Below, one piece after another: positions 16,125-31,464 of a stretch of DNA of 64,000 bases (positions within the stretch are counted from its first letter, which is position 1; each line of letters begins with the position of its first letter). A model generated the notes under the pieces. The model made no database searches. It was not told the DNA's origin and saw only the letters and a list, made by a program, of their open reading frames with translations. A program made the position numbers and the translations under genes. The stretch is from the human T2T-CHM13v2.0 reference genome, Homo sapiens, in assembly GCF_009914755.1 (NCBI RefSeq), contig NC_060933.1. The stretch is one strand, 5' to 3'.

Positions 16125-16355
16125 AATATTATTATGGGTAATCACTGCTTTGCATGCCTTATATACATTAACTCATTTAATCCTCACAATAACTCTAGAA
16201 AATAGTCATTATCATCCCTATTTGGAAGATAAAGAAACTGAGGACCAGAAGATAGAGAGGCTTAGTAACTTACTAGAAGTCCCAAAGCTATTCAGTGGCT
16301 GAGCTGGAATTATGAATGAAGGCAGTCAGCTCCGAAGTTCTCACTCTTAACCATA
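16125..16355 (-). mobile_element. MIR
   Basis: 'attaactcatttaatcctcacaataactct...gaaactgagg...ctcttaacca'. Confidence 0.75.
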
Positions 16356-19016
16356 TTTTATGCAGCATCTCTTATTACTTAGATCTGAACGAAGTGTTTG
16401 AGCTCTTATGCACTGGACTAAGGAATGTACTAAAAGATATCTCAAGCAAAAATTGCATAAGACAAAGGTTTCTTAAATCGTCTTTCTAGTCAACAGAAAA
16501 CTCAAGAACGAAATTCACAGGGACTATGTACAGGCTGTGGTGGGGCTGGTATGAGCAAAAAGACTTGAAGAAGCTCTTCTCACTTTTATTTTCTGAAATA
16601 TGATCTTCACTGGTAATCTTAGCTCAGAGAACCTGCTGTATTTAGACTAGGTGACCTATAAACGTAACCTGAGAGGTATTTTTAAGTATATAAAATATAT
16701 ATGTGTATTGTGCTGTCTTTCTACACACTAATTCAGACTTTCTATTTTAAAAATATAAAATAATCTGATACTCTGCTCCATTTTGGGAATATAAATAAAG
16801 CCTTGAGAATTGAGAAGAAAAGGTACACCATGTACTGCAAGGCATGTGTTTTACTAACCACTGAAATGACACGTGGTGTATACTTAAGGTTTAGACTTCA
16901 AATTTTATTTTTTGGTGTATGCTGTGAATGAAGAAATATACTAGTTCTTCAGGGCATGCAGCCACACATATGTTATATGTTATATCAGCAAACACTCTTG
17001 TTTTATTTTTAGGAGACTAGTGTAGGCATTACAGTTTTCAGTTTATTGGTTAAACTTATGACACAGTTTTGTTATTTATACCCCCCATTTGTGCATGGTA
17101 GCATAATGAAAAGGTGACCAAGGGTTGCACTAGCAGAACCAATTACTTTCCCTTCTGGTCTCCACTCCCACTAATCATCTTACTGTGATATTGGTCACAT
17201 TTTGTCTAGTGAAACTGGACAGTTCAGCCTAAGTCTGTCACTTACTCTGCTTATTCAGGAACAGATACCATGTCATTCTCATCCCTGTCACTACATAGCG
17301 ACTGGCACAGTACTTTGACCATAATAGGTGTTTGGGAAATGTTGGTGGCACTGGATTAAAAGTTAAAAATTTACAATGCCTTCTGGAATACAAGAAAATA
17401 ATTTTTTTTTGTAAATGGCATACAGACATATTTCTATGCATTGATTATCAGATATCTTTCTATTCCATTCCTTATGAGTTACAAAAGCTCAGTCTCTAGT
17501 ACAAAGATCGAATCATATTTAAAGAAACTACAAACTTAAGCAACAATGCTCAGTGGGGAGATTTTCAGTGGATTTGCTGGGATGATAAAAATCCTGGAGA
17601 AAGAATTTGCAATTTCAGCAACCTATATAAAAGGAATAATAAAATTTAGAAAAAGATAGCATGTGATGGCTGAAGGCATATGTTTAGCAGCCAAATGTTT
17701 TGCTGAATACTCCCGTTTGCAGTTTAATGGGAGATCCAATATAAAATTCCACTTACACCTGAATGTTTAAGGTAAAACACTGAAATGGCTAACATATGCT
17801 CAAAATGATTTAGACATTCATCTTCTTGGGTGGGCATATATATCTCCTTGGCAAAGAAATGTAGTATGGAATCCAAGGTACAAGAACTAACGGACTAATG
17901 GACAGAATTGCACAGGCAAAAACCAAACACGATATACCACATAGTACTGTTATACATAAGTATGAAAAGTAGGGCAGTTATTTTTTTTATCAACCACACA
18001 GACACAAAAATCTCAATACATTTTACTTCAAGTATAATCCATACCCAGGTATAATGATTGCATTATCAAGTGGAAATATTTCCAAGAAAGGATTACTGCT
18101 TTGTAGTTTATATACAGTAAGTATGGGCTTGGCTTCTAAAGATCTCTAGAATATGACTTTATTAATAGGTAAGCCCTATTTTTAAGCTTCTAAAAGCTTG
18201 GGAAAGGGAGAAGGCCAAGTACCCAAAGCTCAATGTGGAAGCAGCATTTACCATTAGAAGGCAGTGTTTAGATCCAGGTACTTGGCTGCAGGAAGTCAGA
18301 AGAGACACTTTGGTCATGGACGACTGCATAGAGAACTAAGAATAGAGCTGGAGCTGAGAGAAATGACATATATGCCATTAAGAAAGGAAGGGAAATAAGA
18401 GTAATAGCACAGAGGTGATGATGACAATGGTATACAAGACAGCCAGTGAGCAGTGAAGATACTGGGCTAATTTGAGCAAAGGGTGGGGGGAAAAGGAAAA
18501 TATGGTTGCAACAGGCTACATATAAACTTTAAAACAAGGCATTTTTAAAATTAAATTTTATTAATTTAGTTTTATTCAAACTAAATTAAAATAAGCATAA
18601 TAAAAGTCAAAGAAGAGATAAGGATTTGAGGCAAAGGTGTGGAATCAAGGAAGTAATCTTTCTTAGAGAAAGATTACCTTAGCTATGTACATTGAAGGAG
18701 AAATCAGAAACGATTACTGTATCTCAGAGGCTTTTGGTGAAACACTGATTCATGTACAGATATTTGTTATGGCTTGTACTATACTGTATACTCTCTGAGA
18801 ACAGAGGATATTTAGAACAGTTTTGAAATCCAACAACAGCACAGTTTTTCCTTGATCAGATGAAACTCAATGGATTATTACAGAAGGGTAGCAGGAAGAG
18901 AAAAAGGGAAGAAGGGTATTTGAATGCGTCTGTGCCTCTGTACACTCATAGGTAAAATTCAGGGAATACGGCACTAACTACATTACTGATTAATTGACCT
19001 TGAAAAGCATCGACTA

Positions 19017-19413
<397 letters not shown>

Positions 19414-19699
19414 TCAAGACAATAAATGTTGATATTTTGTTTGCCTTCTTTTTTAATATTATATTTCCTGAACTGTCTAGTTCCTTAGTCTTAATATGGA
19501 TCACATTTCAAATAAAAGTTTTAAATAGATTAACATAATACATAACTTGGTCAGAATAAATTATCTGTTTGTCATGAAATATCACAAAAATTGAGGTTAA
19601 AATAACATTTCTTATGGCAGTAAAGACAGAGCAGTTAAGGAAAAATATTTACCCTTATATCTGTTTTATTTTTCTGCAATTACTGGGGTATTGTCCTAC

Positions 19700-19798
19700 C
19701 TTCTTAAATTACTAATAATTCTGCTACTGAAGATTTGACTTTTCTTCCACATTTTTCTCACATGACAATGTTTCTGAAACCCTATCGATTTTCTCCTT
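19700..19798 (-). other. Candidate 99-nt internal exon (phase 2-2) of an unidentified minus-strand transcript
   Basis: T-rich acceptor attttattattttcattttaag| and donor AAG|gtagga; only one frame is open: RRKSIGFQKHCHVRKMWKKSQIFSSRIISNLR. Confidence 0.4.
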
Positions 19799-21629
19799 CT
19801 TAAAATGAAAATAATAAAATGTTGGATATGGAAGTATTTTGAAAATATTTTTAATTTTATAAGGAAAGGAAGCAAGGCATGAGTTGGTTATATAACTTGC
19901 TCAATGATAATAATTAAATCAGCTAGTCCCAGGGAAAGTGTTTCTTCTCTCTGCCTACTGCAGGATTTGCAGCTAGGCTTTCCCTCACACTCACGCAGAA
20001 TGGTGGGCTGCTTCTGTTATTATGCCCATACAATTATTCCACATTAACCTCTCTTCTTTGGATCGTTTATGACAACTGAGGGGCTGAGTTTTTATTACAT
20101 TTCCTCTGTCAGGTGATTTTCTTCCAAAACAGGGACTGAAATTCAATGAGTTAAATGAATACAGAACTCACTTTATGTGGGTCTTACGGTTGATCTTACA
20201 ATTTAAAACACATGTAAAAAACAAGCAGTTTTTAAAATGTCGACTTAAATTTTCACATTTCATTTCCTGGTAAAATGCTCTTAACTATGCCTTGCCTCCT
20301 TATGCACTGACTTTTTGTAAGTATTGGAGTGGATTTTTCACTACATTAAAGTAATAAAGAACTAGACATGTTCTCCTAAGCAAAGTTAATCACTCTCCTC
20401 TATGGATCAAAGAGTTCTCTCTCCCTTGTGATATAACAGCACTTATCAAGGCATTGTTACTCTCTTCGTACATTCCCTTCTCTTGCTAACTGTGCTAGGT
20501 TCTCCATATCTAGCATGTTATCTGGTATTTGGTAGGCACACAATACACATTTCTGAATAAGTGAACTCAAATAGTGAACCAAACAAGGTCAGGCTACTCT
20601 CTTTGAGCCAAAAAAAAAAAAAAGAGAGAAATTATTATGAAATGCCTCATTTTTTAGTAATTAACACCATGCTGCCTACATAGTCAGCATTCAAACATAT
20701 ACTTGTTGGCTCACTAAGTATCCAACAGCTTGAGTGGACTCAACACTTGAGTCTTCACCCAGAGAGACCTGGACACAACCGCATGGCCAAAGTAAAGGAA
20801 AAAGGTTATAGTTGGTCATGTTATTTAATCTGAAAATCTGAAAATGGGTTAGATAATATACACAAAGCATTTGTCCTTCATTTTCCAAAATGAGTTTTTG
20901 GAAAATTAATATGGAATTTATTTTTCATAATAAAGGAAAAAAGAGGACATTTATGTTACAATCTAACAAAAATATCTGTTAATTTAAGGACAGCAGGACA
21001 CTATATGTCCCTATTTATTTTTTAGCAAATTTCAATAATGAGTACCTGCTTAAAAATTATCTTTCCATTTGAAAAATTAAATAATAAATATAAATGAATG
21101 CTGTAGTCATTGAATCTAGTTAGCACTCTTTCATTTAAAGGATTTTATTAAAATTAATCCTTAATATGGCTAAAATTCAGATACAGTAGTTACAAAATGG
21201 TGCTTGCATAGTACAAAATCATACCTAAATATAAAATTGTTTTAGGTAAAATTTAATGTTAAAAGAATACTTATTTTGGAAATCCAATAAATGAATAACT
21301 ACATTCATTTTAATCAAGAAAAAATATTTACATGGCTTAAGTTAGTCTAAACTCCACCAGCACACATAAGATTAACCTGAGAATTAAGTATTAAATCTAA
21401 AGGCAAGTAATTTCAGAATATTCAAAACTTTTGTGATCTTATAAGATTACAGGCCAAAAAATTATATCGGAAGCTATATAGGAAGCTAAATATTAAGAAA
21501 GCTGCTTGGATCCTTAGTAAAATATAATATGTATAATACAGATCTATGTTTCCTATGAAGCACTTTTTTTTCCAAATGTTAACAACTTCATGTGTTCAGA
21601 GAAATACAAATATTCCAACCTTTCTTCTT

Positions 21630-22070
21630 CTTCTCTTGTAAACTTAATGTCCTCCTTCCACCCACAACCAATACACCCTTCACTTTGCCCTGCTGCCACT
21701 GGAACAAAAGCCTCTAACCAGTCTTCCTAATTTCAGCATCAATAAAACCCTTTAAACCGCCCTCTACATTGTGTTAGAATTTTCTGGCCAAAATATAGAT
21801 CTGATCATATAAATTTTCGTTATATCACTGTCTACAGGAATCCAAACCCCATATTTAGAAACTTCAAGTGACATGCATGATTCCTTAGAACACTTTAATA
21901 TATCTATTAAAGGAATATTAACAAAATGTAATGGCTACCTGTATTCACAGCACCATGGATAGACAGAACTTTGAGGCAAAGGACTGTGTCTTATTCATCA
22001 TTTCATTACTAGAATTGAGTACATGGTAAAGGCTCAATAAAGGTTTGTGAAAATCAATCCTGAATGTATA
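21630..22070 (+). mobile_element. L2 fragments including the 3' end
   Basis: 'aaaatatagatctgatcat' and 'ctttgaggcaaaggactgtgtcttattcatc...gctcaataaa'. Confidence 0.6.
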
Positions 22071-23184
22071 AATGTTATTCATGGCTAAATTTAGACTTAA
22101 TGACATCACTTCCCATTCAAGTTACTGCTAATTTGACTATAGCAGCAGGGTCAATAATCTTCCTCATGTACTTTTCAATATATTTTATTGATACTAAATG
22201 ATTATCACTAAACAACCAGATTACCCATAAACAGAACCTCAACTTTAGAAAATGACCTATTTTAACTATCTGGTCCCAGATTAGAGTAGGAGGGAAAATC
22301 AGAGAGCGATGGAGAAGGCAGAGTGATATTGAAATGTGTCTCCTGCATAATGACATAACCCCTAACCCAGTGAGAAATACATGGTGACATTGTGATAATT
22401 TTCCTACTACTGTTGTGTGAATTTGCTGAGATGTATGCTGAACAGTAAATCCACTTTGACAAAATGTGTGTTTCAATCTGGAATACGTCAGTTCAACTTT
22501 GTTGAAAGTCCTCATTTCTAACACTTTATTGCTGCCTTTAGCTGTATTAAACCTGTCTGTTTACCAAAAAGATGACCTCTTCCCTTACTAAAACCATACG
22601 ATGGCTTATATTGTTTATCAAAAAAGAAAAAAACAGAACAGTCCCTGTATTAAAAGAACACAAACTACAATTCCCTGATGGCCCATTCACAGTATCTGCA
22701 CTGATGGATGAGAAAATGTTCCTTTCACAGATTGCAATCTGTTTTTCAAACATCTGTGGGAACTCAGCTTTATAAAAAGGAGGAGAAAAAAACAGAAAAA
22801 AAAAACAAGGAATAAGTTGGAAACCCCTGATTACTGAGAATAGAAGCAAAATATATAATGAGATGAACCCCGTAAACACTGCAAAGTATCACATCTAGGT
22901 CAGTGCATGTTATAGCTTTTCTTTGCAAATAGTAAAATATTAAAACCTCTGAGTCTTTAATGAAACATTTGGCCTTTTTTTTAAGTATTACAGTGAGAAC
23001 TTATGTTTATAATGTATTTGTTTATCAAACAAAATAATACATACAAAAAGTCACGATTGATGAGGTTCCCAAGTTACATCTATTGTTTAATAATAGCTGA
23101 TTTCCAAGACAATATTCTAATCTCTGTGTTATCCAAGAGCCCTGCAGATACTTCTATGACTTTTTGAGATTCATTTTTTTTCAT

Positions 23185-23640
23185 TTAGAGGTAAAATTGT
23201 ATGTATTCACTCTATACTGTATGATGTTTTGAAGTGAAATGACAAAATCAGGTTAGTGAATATATGCTTTACCTCACAGTTACCATTGCTGTGATGAGAA
23301 CACTTTACAGTCACGCAGCATTTTCAAGAACACAATATATTATTAACCATAGTCACCATGTTGTGTAACAGATCTCTTAAACATATTCCTCGTGTCTAGC
23401 TGAAATTTGGTATCCTTTGATCAACATCTCCCCCCTCTACCCTTAACCACCCCTGCCCGTGGTAAACACCATTCTATGTGATTAACTTGTTTGGATTCCA
23501 CATCTGAGAGGCATCATGTGGTATTTATTTTTCTGTGCCTGGCTTATTTCAATTAACAAAATGTCTCCCAGGTTAATCCATGTTGTTGCATATGACAGGA
23601 TTTTACTCTTTTTTATGAGTGAATACTGTTCCATTGTGCA
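23185..23640 (-). mobile_element. L1MA 3' end
   Basis: 'attaaccatagtcaccatgttgtg', 'atcatgtggtatttatttttctgtgcctggcttatttca', 'atccatgttgttgca'. Confidence 0.85.
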
Positions 23641-23657
23641 GAAATTTATATTATTGC

Positions 23658-23938
23658 TTTTCTTTTTTCTTTTCTTTTTTTTGGAGACAAGGTCTTGATT
23701 TGTCTCCCAGTCTGGAGTGCAGTGGCATGATCAACCACACTACAGTCTCAATCTCCTGCACTCAAGTGAACCTCCCACCTCAGATTCCTAAGTAACTGGG
23801 ACTACAGGCGCACACCACCATGTCCAGCTAATCATTTTGATTTTCAGTAGATATGAGGTCTTGAAATATTGCCCAGTCTCAAACTCCCGAGCTCAAGCAA
23901 TCCTCCCTCCTCAGCCTTCTAAAGGGCTGGGATTACAT
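23658..23938 (-). mobile_element. AluJ
   Basis: Poly-T followed by a diverged antisense Alu with J-type 'ctcaagcaatcctccc'. Confidence 0.85.
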
Positions 23939-24966
23939 GACATTGTAATTTGACCATGATGAGTTGCTTAAAGGATAGAAATCAAGTTTCCACATTTGTC
24001 CTAATGCCTAAAAAGCAGGCTTTTTATAAATGATCCTTTGGTAAATAATTAAATAAATGAAGTTCATACAATTTTCATTCTAATGATGAACTTAATACTA
24101 TGTGTGTGCCTCATTTCATGTCTTTAATTTTTTACTCTTTAACTTAATTATACTGAAAACATTTATGCTATATTATATGTAGAAAAAACAGTATAGATAT
24201 TTATATTTTTGTCAACTATGCAATTAAAAAAAATTGTACAGAAATAGCGGAAGAAAATATCCAAAAATATTATGAATTACTTCTAGATGTTGAATTCCTG
24301 GAATTTATTTGTATTCTTCCTTCTTTGTTTAATCTTCACTAATTCCATAATCAGTATGGAATAGTTTTGTAATCAGAGGAGATACTTAATTTTAAAATTC
24401 CATTACATTTTTCATTGTTCTGATCAACATAGCTGTTACAGGTATCTACTTTTACCTTAACAACCTCTATGAGCTAAATTCCTCATTCTATAATAAATCA
24501 ACCAAATCATTGCCAGTCCATATATCTGAATGATATGACCAAAATAAATTCCATTACTTAGGATAAATATATTTAAACTAAATAAAATAACAACTACAAA
24601 CAAACAAAACAAGAATGATATGTTTCAAGGATATGAATGCTCAGGATGTGAGATTTCTCCACAAAGGTGAAATGTTATTTCACATTTTAACCAGTGTTAT
24701 AAATCAGTGATTAGTGTGTAAGGAGAAAATGTAGAATATAGAAAATGGGTAAAAAAATATAGTTATTATAACAACACAGGATAAATAAAATGAGGCAAAA
24801 ATAACTAGGTTAAGTAACAGGTCAACTTACTGCATCAGAAAGTTGAGGCCGAGATTTTATTCAGAATATTAAAAAATTATGTTCTAGCATTAAATAATGA
24901 ATTGTCTTCAATCATAAATTATAACCTTTGAATCTGTGAGGCAGATATGACTTTTTTAAAAGTTTC

Positions 24967-25269
24967 TATTGTTTTAATTATTTATTTGAGACAGAGTCTC
25001 GCATTGTTGCTCAGGCTGGAGTGCAATGGCAGAATCTTGGCTCACTGAAACCTCCATCTTTCAGGTTCAAGTGACTGTCCTGCCTCAGCCACCTGAGTAC
25101 CTGGGGCTACAGGCACACGCCACCACACTCAGCAAATTTTTGTATTTTTAGTAGAGAAGAGATTTCACCATGTTGGCCAGGCTGGTCTTGAACTACTGAC
25201 CCCAAGTGATCAGCTCACCTTGGCCTCCCAGAGAGCTGCGATTACAGGCATGAGCCACCACACCAGGCC
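24967..25269 (-). mobile_element. Alu (old S or J)
   Basis: Full-length antisense Alu flanked by cagatatgac / cagatatgag repeats. Confidence 0.9.
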
Positions 25270-26044
25270 AGATATGAGTTTATATATTTGTTTTTCTTAA
25301 ACAGAGCTGTAAATTAGTCTAATTGATTGTTCCAAGGTTTCCGCAGTACCACTTCATTCTTAGGAAATAAGCTTTTATGTCAAATAGATTTGAGTTCAAA
25401 CTCTGCTTAAAAATTAACTGTGTTCAAGACAATTACTTAACTGCCCTAAACTTTACTTTTCCATCCATAAGGTGGAAATAGTAGCTAAATCATGGTAATT
25501 ATTGGCAATTACACAAAGCATTGTGTATAAAGTAACTAATACAGTGCACTTAGCAGATGGAGTAGAGGCAGATCAACCTTGTCCACTTTCAAGATGAGAT
25601 TAAGCCAGTGGAAAGTAGGTGATACCAAACTTTCCTGATAATTCAGGCAAATAGGCTATGCTAAAGCAGGCTTACAGAAAGTATGACCTGTATTCCTGGA
25701 CTGTAGTGTATCTTAAATACCCAGAAAGGCCTTCTCACTATCATCAAACTCACAAAATTTCTACACAGAACATTGGAGACTATGGTAGAAAACAATCATA
25801 CTCCAGGGTCTACCTTCTAGCTCTCACAGTAACATAAAAGTTACAACTGCAAATTGAATTCTTTTATTCCTGTCCAAAAAGCAGATCAATATTAGAGGAT
25901 TCTCATATAAAATATATAGAATATGTGTGGACAGATGAAAAGTAAAAAGGTGGAATATTGTGCAGTTCAGGAAGGAGGGTTTCATTCAGGTGATGAGGTC
26001 ATAAAACTATCCATGTAGAAGACAGACACATTATCTAAGTGGGT

Positions 26045-26109
26045 AGTGTGTGGGGGGGGGTGTGAGAGAGAGAGAGAGAGACACAGAGAGAGACAGAGAG
26101 AGAGAGAGA
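26045..26109. repeat. (GT)/G-run/(GA)n compound microsatellite
   Basis: Seen directly in the sequence. Confidence 0.85.
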
Positions 26110-26112
26110 AAC

Positions 26113-26620
26113 TGATTACAAATATATCTCTAGTTCTTCAGTTATCCTTTGAAATGTGATTTTCCTGCTACTCCCATCAAAAGGTAGAATGTATTTATCC
26201 TCACTTTGAATCTAGGCTACCCTTGTTACTTGCTTTGGCCAATAAAATGTGGTAGAAATGATGGTTTGCCTATTTTGAACCTTAATCCCAAGAGGTCTCG
26301 CATTCTTACTTAGAGTTCTGGAACATCATGTGAGCAAGGCCAATTTAGCTTGCTAGATGATGAAAGGCATGAGGCCTAATTACTCTCTCTGCCCCAGCTG
26401 ACAGCTATTCAATAGGTAGACATGGGCTTAAGGCAACCCAGACTCCAGCAAGGCTATCAGAACTTAGATGGATAAGTGAGCCAGCTCAGATTAGCCAAGC
26501 TTGGTTCAAAGCTCAAGCACTTCTCAGAAAAACCACAGATTTCTAGTAATCATAAACATTTACTAAGTGAAGATGAATTTTTTTTTTAGGTAGTTTGCTA
26601 CACAGTAATAGCTGTATACA
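26113..26620 (+). mobile_element. MaLR LTR (MLT1G/H-like)
   Basis: 'ctcccatcaaaaggtagaat...gttacttgctttggccaataaaatgtggtagaa' and end 'gtttgctacacagtaatagct'. Confidence 0.75.
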
Positions 26621-27949
26621 CAGCATGATGGTCATAGCATGGCCTGGGAAGAAATGCAAATTCTAGTTAATTTCATGGCTAACTGGAGGCACTCAAGCTT
26701 CATTGCTTCCACAATACTTGTCTTGTTTAAGTAAACAAGAGGATTTAACCTTTCATCTCTGAACTCCTTAAAGGCTACACTACAGTTTTATCCATCTTTG
26801 AACGCCAAACTCCTGCTTATAGTGTGGTGCAGGGATTAAGGTTGTGGGCCCTGAAACTAGATTTCCTAGGTTTAAAACCTGCCTGAGTGACCTTAGGTAA
26901 ATTGCTTAATATTTACAAACACAAATTTTATAACCTCTAATATTGTAGTAATAATGTTATCTGCCTAACAGATATTAAATTAAATAATGCAGCATAATAA
27001 TTGATGCTGGTGCACAGTAAGTATAGTTATGCTAATTATTCTTATTAGATGCTCAGAAAAGTAATGCCAAAATCAATCTTGAAAATGGGTAGCAGAGAAC
27101 TCTTCAGTCTTTATAATCTCTGGCCCTACAATTATAAAATTCACTATGTAATCCCCAGAAACCCATTATTTGATTAGTCATACTTAGAATGAATACTTCT
27201 TGTTTGATAGAGGATGAGAAAAACAGTGATAGATTTTTACATAAAGACTGTAAACCTGACATCTCTTTAACTTATTTACTTTAATACATTAAAAGCCAAG
27301 AAAATGCATCACTTTGAAGAGAAATGTAAGAAGCTAGTGGATTCTTCAAGCCACCTGATATGTTTATAAACAAACCAGCAAGTGGATTGGGGCAAGCAGC
27401 AAGACTCTCCTCTCTTTTCGAGCAAGTTTCTGCCTCAGTTATTCTCAAAGAATATGCCATTTAGAAGATATAAATCATATTTAAAAGAAGCTTTCAGTTT
27501 TTTTTTTTCTGAAAAACATATTGGAAGACATTCCACGCTCATTTCACAGATCTTCTGAAGTGTATTTCTAATCATTAGACTAGTTTAGAAATTCCTTTGC
27601 ACCAGTTGCTACAATAATGTGTAGCAACTTATAAAAGTTAAAATTTGGTACTAGCTGGTGTTAGAAGAAAAAGCTTAAATGTGTTATCTTTCAGGAAAAA
27701 AAGTGAAAGATTGCTGGGTGTTCTATAGAATGATAGTATAAATTCTTATGTATTGAATTGAGTCCTATTTTAGGATTGCCAAGTCTAAACATATATAATA
27801 ATACTTTAAGCTGTAACATATTTCTAAAGATATTTGCCATTTTCCTAAGAAAAGTATTATTTTATCAGAAAAAATTTCTGAATGTTCAAAAATGCCTCTC
27901 CACTGAAACACTGGCCCCAATTATGTAATTCATCAATTCCACAATGCAT

Positions 27950-28460
27950 ACTTTTAATTTTAAGCTAATTGTAGACGTATAGAAAAGTTGGAAAAATAAC
28001 AGTACCTATATACCCCTCATCCGGATTTCCCTAAAGTTAATTCAAATTTCACCTGTTGTCTAGTAATGTCATATTTCGGTTCCATGATTCTCTCCAGAGT
28101 CCAATTTTATATTTAATTGCTTTTTATTCTTAGTTTCCTCCAACCTATGACAGTTCTCTGCTCTTATTTTATCTTTCATGACCATGACACTTTTGAAGAG
28201 TACTTCCTCTTGGTAGAATGTTCCTCAATTCAAATTTTCTCATTTGTTTTCATGATGAGATTCTTCTCATTCCATTATATCAAGAAGTTCATGATGTCAC
28301 TGTCTTACCAATGGTAATATTGACAGTGTTTACTCAGAGAAGTATCTACAGGGTTTCCCACTGTAAAGATTTTTTTCCTCTGTGATTAATAAACATCTTT
28401 TAGGGAAATACTTTGAGACTGGGTGCATTACCTGTTTTTTCTTAATATTTGTCCACCAAA
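27950..28460 (-). mobile_element. Old L1M (L1MC/ME) 3' fragments
   Basis: Diverged antisense 3'UTR motifs ('catgaccatgacacttttgaagagtac', 'gaaatactttgagact'). Confidence 0.55.
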
Positions 28461-28875
28461 TTTACAAACTGCAAGTGTACCTTATCAATTATTACTGAGA
28501 TTTGCATTTTTAAAACATTTAACATGCCTATAATCAGGATACATCCTAAAATTGCTGGTCCCTCACTGTTGCTATCAACCAGTTAGCAGCCATGGTGCAG
28601 GTATCACTGTACATAAACAAACTTGTTTCTTATTTCCAGTGGCATGAATGGACAAAGACTATCCTTATACATTTTAAGTAACAAATCATTTATTGATTTA
28701 TTGAAGAAAAACCATGAATCCTGGTTGTCATATGAAAATCTCCCATTGACACTGTCTGGTAAGATCAAGAAGGTGCAAACAACAAAAACCACACAGTAGC
28801 TGTGAAGAAAATTAAGCAGATATAAGCACTTTTTCATGTTTGGTTCATATCAATGTTTGTAATAGCACATAGTAA

Positions 28876-29247
<372 letters not shown>

Positions 29248-30339
29248 TGACACTGAGTCAAATGTTATTCTAAAATGTCAGATCCTAACTTTCTTTACGA
29301 AGTTTTGGGAATTCCTTCATATATTCCTTTATTTTTAAATAAAAATGGAGTATAATTTTAAAAACTGAATAAAGCAGTCTAACACAGCTCTTCCGATAAG
29401 TATGAAACTCTAAGTGATAAACCACTGTGTCATTGTTTATTTGATAGTGTTTATTCTTTCTTTAGCATCTTTGGGATACATAAAAGAGAGTGAGATATAT
29501 TTTAATCATTGGCTCCAGTTTCAATTTCATAGGGAAATAGTGAATTGTAGGTGACTCAAATTTTCAGTGGAAATTAGAATCTCATTTGTCAAAAATTTCA
29601 GATGTGCTGAGGTTTTGTCCCTCAAGGGCTTTCCTAGACAAAGTTTGTAATACAAAATAGCAATCCAAGTGGCAATCCCATGTTTAGTCTTCCACTTGGT
29701 AAACAGCAAAAGGGAAACTTGTAGAGTAGTGCATAAACTTCATACGTTTTAAATTTTTCTAAAGAAAAATGCATTTGGTCCATAAACATGCTTCATGGAG
29801 GACGGAGATTAATACAGAAGGCATATTCAGTGGCTTATTTAAAGTTATCAGTATATATTTCTAAATTGAAGACAAAGGAAAGTCAAGTGTTTATTTTTAA
29901 GGTGATATGTTAAATGCAGAACAATGGCTTTATGTCTGACATTCCTGCTGTAATTGGAGGGTCATCCCACCTTTCTGAGACACAACTCCTTTATCTGCAA
30001 AATGACAATACATACAGCAAAGCTCAGCAATCTTTTTGGAAATTCAGATAACTACTTTTTAAAATGTAGTAGAATTAAAAAATCAGTGTGCAGCTCACTA
30101 CAGACAATAGTTGTCTTCATGAAACTTTTGAGTGTATACATGCATATGTGTGTATAATGTCTCAAATTTAACTTAATTTCTTACTGGGAGTCACTGTCAA
30201 AGTCTGAAAGTGAATGAAGTAAATCATCTCTTAGAATCATTCAAGCCTCAGATTCTGTTGTGTACTCAGTTACATGAAATGAGCATTTATACCACATAGT
30301 TCAGAAACAGATGCCAAAGCCTGTAGACCAAAAATGATT

Positions 30340-30530
30340 AACACAGTTGTCATTAGCCACATGTGACTATTTAAATCTATATCAATTGTAATAAAATAAA
30401 ATATTCAGTTCCTTAGTCACAACAGCCACTTTTCAAGTGCTTTATAATATTGTGTGGTTAATGATTACTGTATTGGAGAGACTACATATATAGAACATTT
30501 CCATCATTTGAAAAAGTTCTGATAGAGAGC
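30340..30530 (+). mobile_element. MER3-like hAT-Charlie MITE
   Basis: 'tagccacatgtgactattt...ttcagttccttagtcaca...tagaacatttccatcat'. Confidence 0.7.
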
Positions 30531-30909
30531 TCTCCTCTGTAACTATCTCATGCATTTTCCAATGTGTTAAACTAAGCCTAATTAAACCAATATGAGGACT
30601 AGTGGAATGAATTTGATTACAATTATGCCATATAGATGAAGAGAAAACTTCAATGTTAATTTATAATATATACTTTAATGCTTTATTCACATATCACTCA
30701 TCTTGCCATTTCAGGCTATTTTCTTGCCTTGTCATTAAATTGGAACAGCTTCTTATTCTTCAATTGAATTATTTTCTGAATTTTATTTAAAATTACCAGC
30801 TCATGTGAACGATGTATGCCAATATTTTATTCTGCCATGATGCACTTCCAAAGTTCATGTGAGGTCTTGCTAAAAGGGAGCTTTTCTTGATGGAGTACTG
30901 AAGTCTCAC

Positions 30910-30993
30910 CTATTGTTATTCCTGTCTGGTGAATGTGAAACAGAAAAACATAGGAAAAGTTTCTGGTTTGGATTGTTATTCAAATGTGTGATT
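30910..30993 (-). other. Candidate 84-nt exon (phase 2-2)
   Basis: Weak acceptor gttttatatag| and donor TAG|gtgaga; only one frame is open: ITHLNNNPNQKLFLCFSVSHSPDRNNN. Confidence 0.25.
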
Positions 30994-31464
30994 CTATATA
31001 AAACTGCTTTACTATATATATATATATATATATCTCTTCTATATAAAACTGCTGTACTATAAGACCATTATTTTTGATGACTGCCATTCAACACACGTAC
31101 GGGGTTGAAATAGTTTAATAATTGTAAACCTTATTCTTATTACATTAATAATCCATAGAAGTGTTGCCAAGATTGAGTGAAAATATATGGGTTTAATTCC
31201 TGGTATTGGTGTTATCTTGCTCTGTAATTTGGATTAAGTCTTCAAATCCATTCCATGATTGCATCTTCATATATAAAATAAAAATAATTATACTTGTATT
31301 ACTTTCCTGAGTGGAGTTCTGAGGGCAAGATGCCACTAAAAAAAAAATAAGTGTTTCTGAAGAGTGAGAAAATGGAAATGTTATTACTCTAAAATTCTGG
31401 TTTCCTGAGATCTTAACATATGTCATATATTTGCCACTTCGCATGTCAGAAACATAGTAATCAT

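Noticed and set aside
22117-22879. Overlapping 135-aa and 110-aa minus-strand ORFs
   Set aside because: Composition typical of AT-rich non-coding DNA; no splice signals or recognisable homology.
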